Positions 58,484-64,000 of a stretch of DNA of 64,000 nt are shown one piece after another. The translations under genes and the position numbers were made by a program. Every line of letters starts with the position of its first letter. Position 1 is the first letter of the stretch. Source of the stretch: Eukaryota sp. TZLM1-RC (Eukaryota > Protista > Metamonada: BaSk clade); contig JAUPSS010000002.1 in the NCBI GenBank assembly GCA_040285825.1, positions 1,302,001 to 1,366,000 on the forward strand, given 5' to 3'. Under the pieces are notes generated by a model. The model was not told the origin of the DNA and did not search any database. It saw nothing but the letters and a program-made list of their open reading frames with translations.

Positions 58484-61400
58484 TATCAATAGTATTTTTG
58501 ATATTAATTCTACGGTTAGTGAAAACCACATCAGGTCCCAGCGTTCTCCATTTCTAAGACTGGAGATATCAATAAATGATATTAAAATGATTGCGACTAT
58601 AGATTCGGCTGCGTTTTGTTCAGTTATTACTGCAGATTTAGCTGAACAATGCCATATGTCAATCAATAGTAAGGATACTATTAAGTTCTTACCAGCTAAT
58701 AACGTATCCACAAAATCGCGAGGGAGTGCAACTGGTATTCTGTCGTTCAACGTAGGAAGCATTGCGCATCAAGTTCATTATAAACATACTCTTCCCATAA
58801 TCCCAGGTTCGAACAAATTATTAATAGGGAAAAACATGTTAAAAGCACTTGGGCTTCAGACGGATGATGGTCTTTTCATTAGATTAGACAAAGAACACCG
58901 CACTTTGCTAAATGCAGAATCAGAATTCGACTCTAGGATCGCTCAACATTCGATTGGGAACTTAGATAACCAGTCACCAAGTCCTTCTGATTTTGAGGAG
59001 CAATTAGCAAGATCTGGATGTGAGATAAATTTAGATGATAGTAATAATAAATTAAAATTAACAAGCCTACTAAAATTATTCAGCGATGTTTTTAGTGAAA
59101 CTCCTAATAGAAAAGGAATCGATTGTAATCCTCTAACAATCCCCTTTAGAGATGAGAATGCTATAGTACACAAGCCTGCTAGACGGTTAAAGCCCAGCAA
59201 AATGGAAATAGCAAACAAAATATTTAACGGGAGACTTTAGTGGTAAAGATGGAGTCAATGCCCACACGATTTCAGTAGAGCCTAATCTACCTAGGATTAG
59301 TGATATTTTAGAGTTTTTAAGTAGAGCAGATTACATAGCGATGCTTGATTTACCAGAAGCTTTCTGGCAGATGAATGTAGCTGAAAAGGACATTGAGAAA
59401 ACATCAATCTCAATCCCTGGAAGGTCAATTATGTTTAAAAGAGCTTGCTTCGGATTAAAGAATATCCCAGCAGTTTTTCAACACGTAATGATGGAAATAT
59501 TCCAAATTGATGGCGTTTTCATATACATTGACGATATCATAATAGTTGGAACGACATTCGAAGAATTTTATAAGAGATTACAAAGAGTCCTCCAATGCGC
59601 CAGAAATAGACGTGTAAATATAGGCTTACGTAAATGTAAATTCGTAACATCAAAACACCCTATCGACATTTTAGGAAGTACCTTCCAGGATAAAACTAGA
59701 TTTATTAGTAAGAAAAAAATTGAAGCCTTGATGAGAATCCCTAGACCAAAAACAGTGAAAGAAGTTCGCTCATTGGTAGGATCCATCAATTATATTAGAG
59801 ATTGGCTTCCAGGTATTTCTGAATTAATTGCTCCAATTAACGAGCTAATTAAAGGAAAACCCAGAATAATTAAATGGACTAGCAAGCATGACGATTACTT
59901 AAAACAAATAAAAGACTTAATAGTAAACCACATGCCCCTTGAATTACCAGCTCCGGGCAAGCGAGTATTGATAAGTACTGACGCTTCAGATGTAGCAGTA
60001 GGAGGTGTTATTTGGCAAGAAATTGAACCCTACTCCCCCGCAGGAACCCCGCTAAATAAAAGGAAAGTAAAACCTTTGTCATTCTACAGTAGATTACTTA
60101 CAGAAACACAAAGAAAATGGTCCACATTACAAAAAGAATTATATGCAATACTTTGATTTTAACTGAAAGTTGTTTAGAAAGCTACTTGTTATTTAGACAT
60201 TTAACAACTTTCACAGATCATAAAAACATTGCATTCCTGGCTACAGCCCCAGAGAAAAATAGAATTGTAAAGAGATGGCTGCCGATACTATCTGAATTCG
60301 ACTTTGACATAGTCCACGAACCTGGTGAAGACAACCATTGGGCAGATATGTTATCGAGGAATATTGATTTGGATCAAAACGAGGAAACTTCTTGTATTTG
60401 TAGCATAAATATACCAGATACTTTACTTTCAAATTACGAGATACCTCCACTAGACGATGATTCTGATTCGGACCTTGAAGACATCCCATCAATCTCATCT
60501 CTAAGTAGACACCAAGACCTACCTATTTTTTCTTCTTGGTTCTCTAAGATAAGATCCGAACAACAAATAGCCAAAAACAACAACGACTCGTTATTTGAAA
60601 ATGCAATTCTAGATGAAAATACTCAAATTTGGAAAAATAATAAAAACAAAATTTTGATTCCAAAGAGCCTCAGAAAACAGGCACTACTATTAATACATGG
60701 TTTGGTTCAATCTGGTCACCCTAGTAAAAACGATAGTTTACACAAACTATCCAAAAGCGATTTCTACTGGCCCAATATGAGAAAGGACCTCATTAATCAT
60801 GTCAAAAGATGTCCAACTTGTCAAAAAACGGCTCCAGTTAAAAGATCAAAAACACCTTCCACAGGATCTTTATGGGCAAATCGTCCTTTTGCCAGATTAA
60901 ACGTCGATACAATTGGACCCCTAAATTCCGACAACGAAGGAAATAAATATCTTTTAGTATTTGTAGACTCTTTTACTGGATATACAATTTTAGTCCCTCT
61001 AAAAGAACTCAATGCCTTAGAAACCGCAGATGCCTTAATTTGGAATGTTTGCGCCATCTTTGGCATACCTATGTTAATTCATAGTGATAATGGACCTGAG
61101 TTCGCCAACGAGACTTTTAAAATAGTGTGTAACAGATTAGCGATTGAGACGAGTAACTCAATTCCCCACTATTCAGAAAGTAATGGACTTGTAGAACGTA
61201 AACATAGAGACGTTCTTCAATGCTTAAGGAAACTATTAATAGATTTCAACGATTACGGAAATTGGTCTACATACGTACCTATATCCCAACTATTAATAAA
61301 TTCTACTAAAAGCAGAAAAACTGGTTTTACCCCATACGAACTCATGTTCGGTTCTTCGATTAGCCCAAGAACAGACCCTGCTAATATATTAGGAAATTTA

Positions 61401-62027
61401 TCCAAATTTGAAACTAATATCCCCTTATTAGATGACATCAAAATGAAAAACACTCGTCTACAAGAAAAAAGGGAAGAAGCAGAGCGTCACCAAACATTAA
61501 ATACTCCGTCTTCAGTAGATAATACTAATTCGTGTTTTTTAGCATTTAATATTGGTGACTACGTCTTACGTAAAACCAAGCAAAATAATAAATTGCATGG
61601 ATCTTGGAATGGACCATTTTTAATTGTTGACCTTCCTTCCAAATCCACTTTATTATAGAAGAATCTTACTACTGGCATGGAATTAAAAGCTGCCAAGAAA
61701 GATTGCAAAACCTATAACGCAGAAAATCCACAGGACATTGAGTTCCTCAAGGCAGTCGCTGCAGGCGATTCCGAAAAACACGTTATAGAGAAAATCCTCT
61801 CAGAATACCACTCTGATTCTGGTAGTTTCTGTACTGTTCAATGGTTTGGCGGCGAGACAACAGAAGAGCCACTCCATTCGGTTAGACACTCAGAAGCTTA
61901 TAAGTTATTTAGTAAGGATAACAAGAAAATTGGTAAACGTACCACTAGTCGACGACAAGGTACCTCCAATGAGTCTACGCCTTCTAAGAAGCCTAGACGC
62001 AGTAATAGAATTAGGAAGAGGAGCTAA
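58455..62027 (+). pseudogene. pol: protease, RT, RNase H, integrase, chromodomain (frameshifts and an RT deletion near 59225)
   Basis: IDSAA; LDLPEAFWQ, FGLKN, YIDDII; TDASDVAVGG; H..GH..CPTCQ, VDTIGP, HSDNGPEF, NGLVER, GPF; VIEKIL..VQWFGGETTEEP. Confidence 0.93.
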
Positions 62028-62371
62028 TTCTTAGTTTATATCGAATATTTATATTATATCGATTATATGTATTTATTTATAGTTATTTCGTTATTTGTAT
62101 ATAGTTTTTGTTTCATATTCATATAAGCTGATTTATTTTGAAAAAGGGAAGAAGCAGTGTTGGCGCCATAAGGCTTATATAATATGAATGGAAAATAAAT
62201 CAGACTTTTCTTTACTACAATAGACTTTAGGCAACACAAGCACCAAAGAAGTCATACACTTCTATTGTCAGGTTTCAGAGACACCAAATACAAACTTAAA
62301 TCGGGCTCCAATCAAAGACAAGAACCAAATTGTTACATTCAAAATATAAGGATAAAGAATAATTATTAAAA

Positions 62372-64000
62372 AAGTTAAGCAAGGTGTTCCCAATCCTGTA
62401 CATCAATTCTGTACATCGAAGTGCAATTTATAATGTTATTCAAAAAGAATTTCCAGAATTACCCAGCTATTCTTATTTATTTTATGGCAGAGCCAGTGAA
62501 CTAATTTGTGAATCTTATACACTATTCTCGTCTTCTGGAGTTAAGCAAGGTGATCCCATTGGGCCATTACTCTTTTGTTTAGCAATTCACAATTCTTTGA
62601 TTCATTTCAGTAATCGTTATACGATGTTGAAAATAGTAGAATACATGAATGATATTTCAATTATTGGCCATTGAATGTTTTTAATGAAATTGCTGCCGAA
62701 GCCTCACTGTTTTACAGAGATATTGGTCTTTTGCTTAATGCCGACAAATGTCTCCTCATAGGAAAGGTAAAAGATAGATTAACCATTGATGGTGTTGAAA
62801 TTCCTTTTCTTAACTATTCCTCAGATGCTTTTCGTTTCCTAGGATGCTGGCTTGGAAATGTTCCAAAAATTACTGAAGAATTGAATAATCTTTTAATAAA
62901 ATTGGATTCTGAACTTGATACAATTACGTCATTTGAAATTGAGAAACATATTAAGTTTTTTATTTTAAAAATTTGCTACTCCGGTAAAATTACTCACATT
63001 TCAAAAACAACATCTCCTGATGTTTCACGTGAGTTTTGCCGCTCATTTAACTATTTGAGAACAAAATTTTTTGCATCTTTTATCGATGTCAATCCTGAAC
63101 TAATTCGAAGTCATGTATTTTCATCATCTAATTTGGTGGAATTAATTTCACCAAATCGTCTATTCTCTGTCAAGCTGTTTTTCTTGGTGGAGGAAAAAAT
63201 TTTGTATTTGAATTTTGCAACCGTTTTCCCAATAATGTTAATTTATTGAATTTTACAAGAAATAATTTTCTTAGAGACCTACAAAATGCTCTTGATTGTT
63301 TGCCCTCTAAAATTTGGAGTAAATGTTTTCCCGACAGCGAACAGAAAATACCATCTAGAACACTAGTTAATTTGAGGTATTGTGTTAAAAAATTGCTACA
63401 AAATTTAACAACAATTTGTGAAGGATTGAATTTTAAGGTTCGTCTTGACTCGGCCAAAAAAGATAATTCCGCTTTCGCAAATTTTTTGTTAGATGCCCAG
63501 AACAGTTCCTCTTCGTGTTTAATTACTCAGATTCCTTAAATGTATTGTCTTCTTTTAAATGATACCGAATTTTCTTGTACAATGCGCCTTCGATGTTTTA
63601 TTTGGCCTGATAACGTGTTTCATGATTTGATTTGTAAATGTGGATCAAAAATTTCTCCAAATCATTTATTCAATTGTAAACATTTTATTACTTTCCGATC
63701 AAAAGTTCATGATGCGGTAAGAGATCAACTCTATTGTATGTCAAAATCACATAGAATTGTTTCCTATTTAGAACCATTACTTTCCCGTTTGGTTGATGAA
63801 GATTCTTTGAATTCGTTTGGTCGAAATAGAGGTGATTTAATGCTTGAAGGTCTTGAAGGTATTACCATTATTACAGATGTGGGATCCACTGATGTCTGTA
63901 ATGATTATTTTATTCCAATGGCTCAATCAAAAAATAGGAACCCCTTAACTGTTTCCGAAAAAGCCAAAATTGACAAATACAAAGCAAAATTGTTATCCTT
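62372..64000 (+). mobile_element. CRE-like family E, 5'-truncated, runs off window
   Basis: GVKQGDPIGPLLF, YMND, FRFLGCWLG, CKCG..HLFNC, VHDAVRD, RGDL, KIDKY. Confidence 0.93.

Larger units (their letters stand above)
55211..62236 (+). mobile_element. Near-complete Ty3/gypsy chromodomain LTR retrotransposon (defective)
   Basis: LTRs 55211-55294 and 62158-62236 (TGTTG..CAACA), TSD CAAG, PPT 62140-62157; gag-PR-RT-RH-IN-chromo order. Confidence 0.96.

Noticed and set aside
1-64000. CRISPR array, rRNA, and the many short antisense ORFs
   Set aside because: No repeat-spacer periodicity or rRNA motifs seen; short ORFs are shadows of genes or retroelements

Overview
AT-rich, compact eukaryotic (protist-like) DNA using the standard code; the organism cannot be identified from sequence alone. 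About 15 host genes (SFI1-like, RNMT, MINDY, SURF6, PTPA, macro-domain, TRF4/PAPD5, U1-70K, BTB, NFX1, UPF3, RING-WWE and unknowns), three with inferred 27-30 nt spliceosomal introns, plus one tRNA-Leu(CAG), sit as islands in more than 50% mobile DNA. The mobile DNA comprises: (i) about 17 copies or fragments from at least five families (A-E, my labels) of CRE-clade-like non-LTR retrotransposons (RT + restriction-like endonuclease); (ii) three LTR elements with very short LTRs (79-142 bp) and 4-bp TSDs: a near-complete chromodomain Ty3/gypsy, an internally deleted one, and a 1.1-kb gag-only element; (iii) three decayed Fanzor1-type (eukaryotic TnpB, RNA-guided RuvC) loci; (iv) a hAT remnant and a (TAATA)n array. 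Best leads: the Fanzor at 30.7-32.5 kb with a hairpin-rich omegaRNA-like 3' region and candidate transposon ends; a Fanzor < gypsy < CRE nested insertion; a non-canonical primer-site motif shared by LTR elements with unrelated LTRs; and a 68-nt leader shared by the unrelated TRF4 and NFX1 genes. Coordinates of decayed elements are approximate; all alignments were done by eye.
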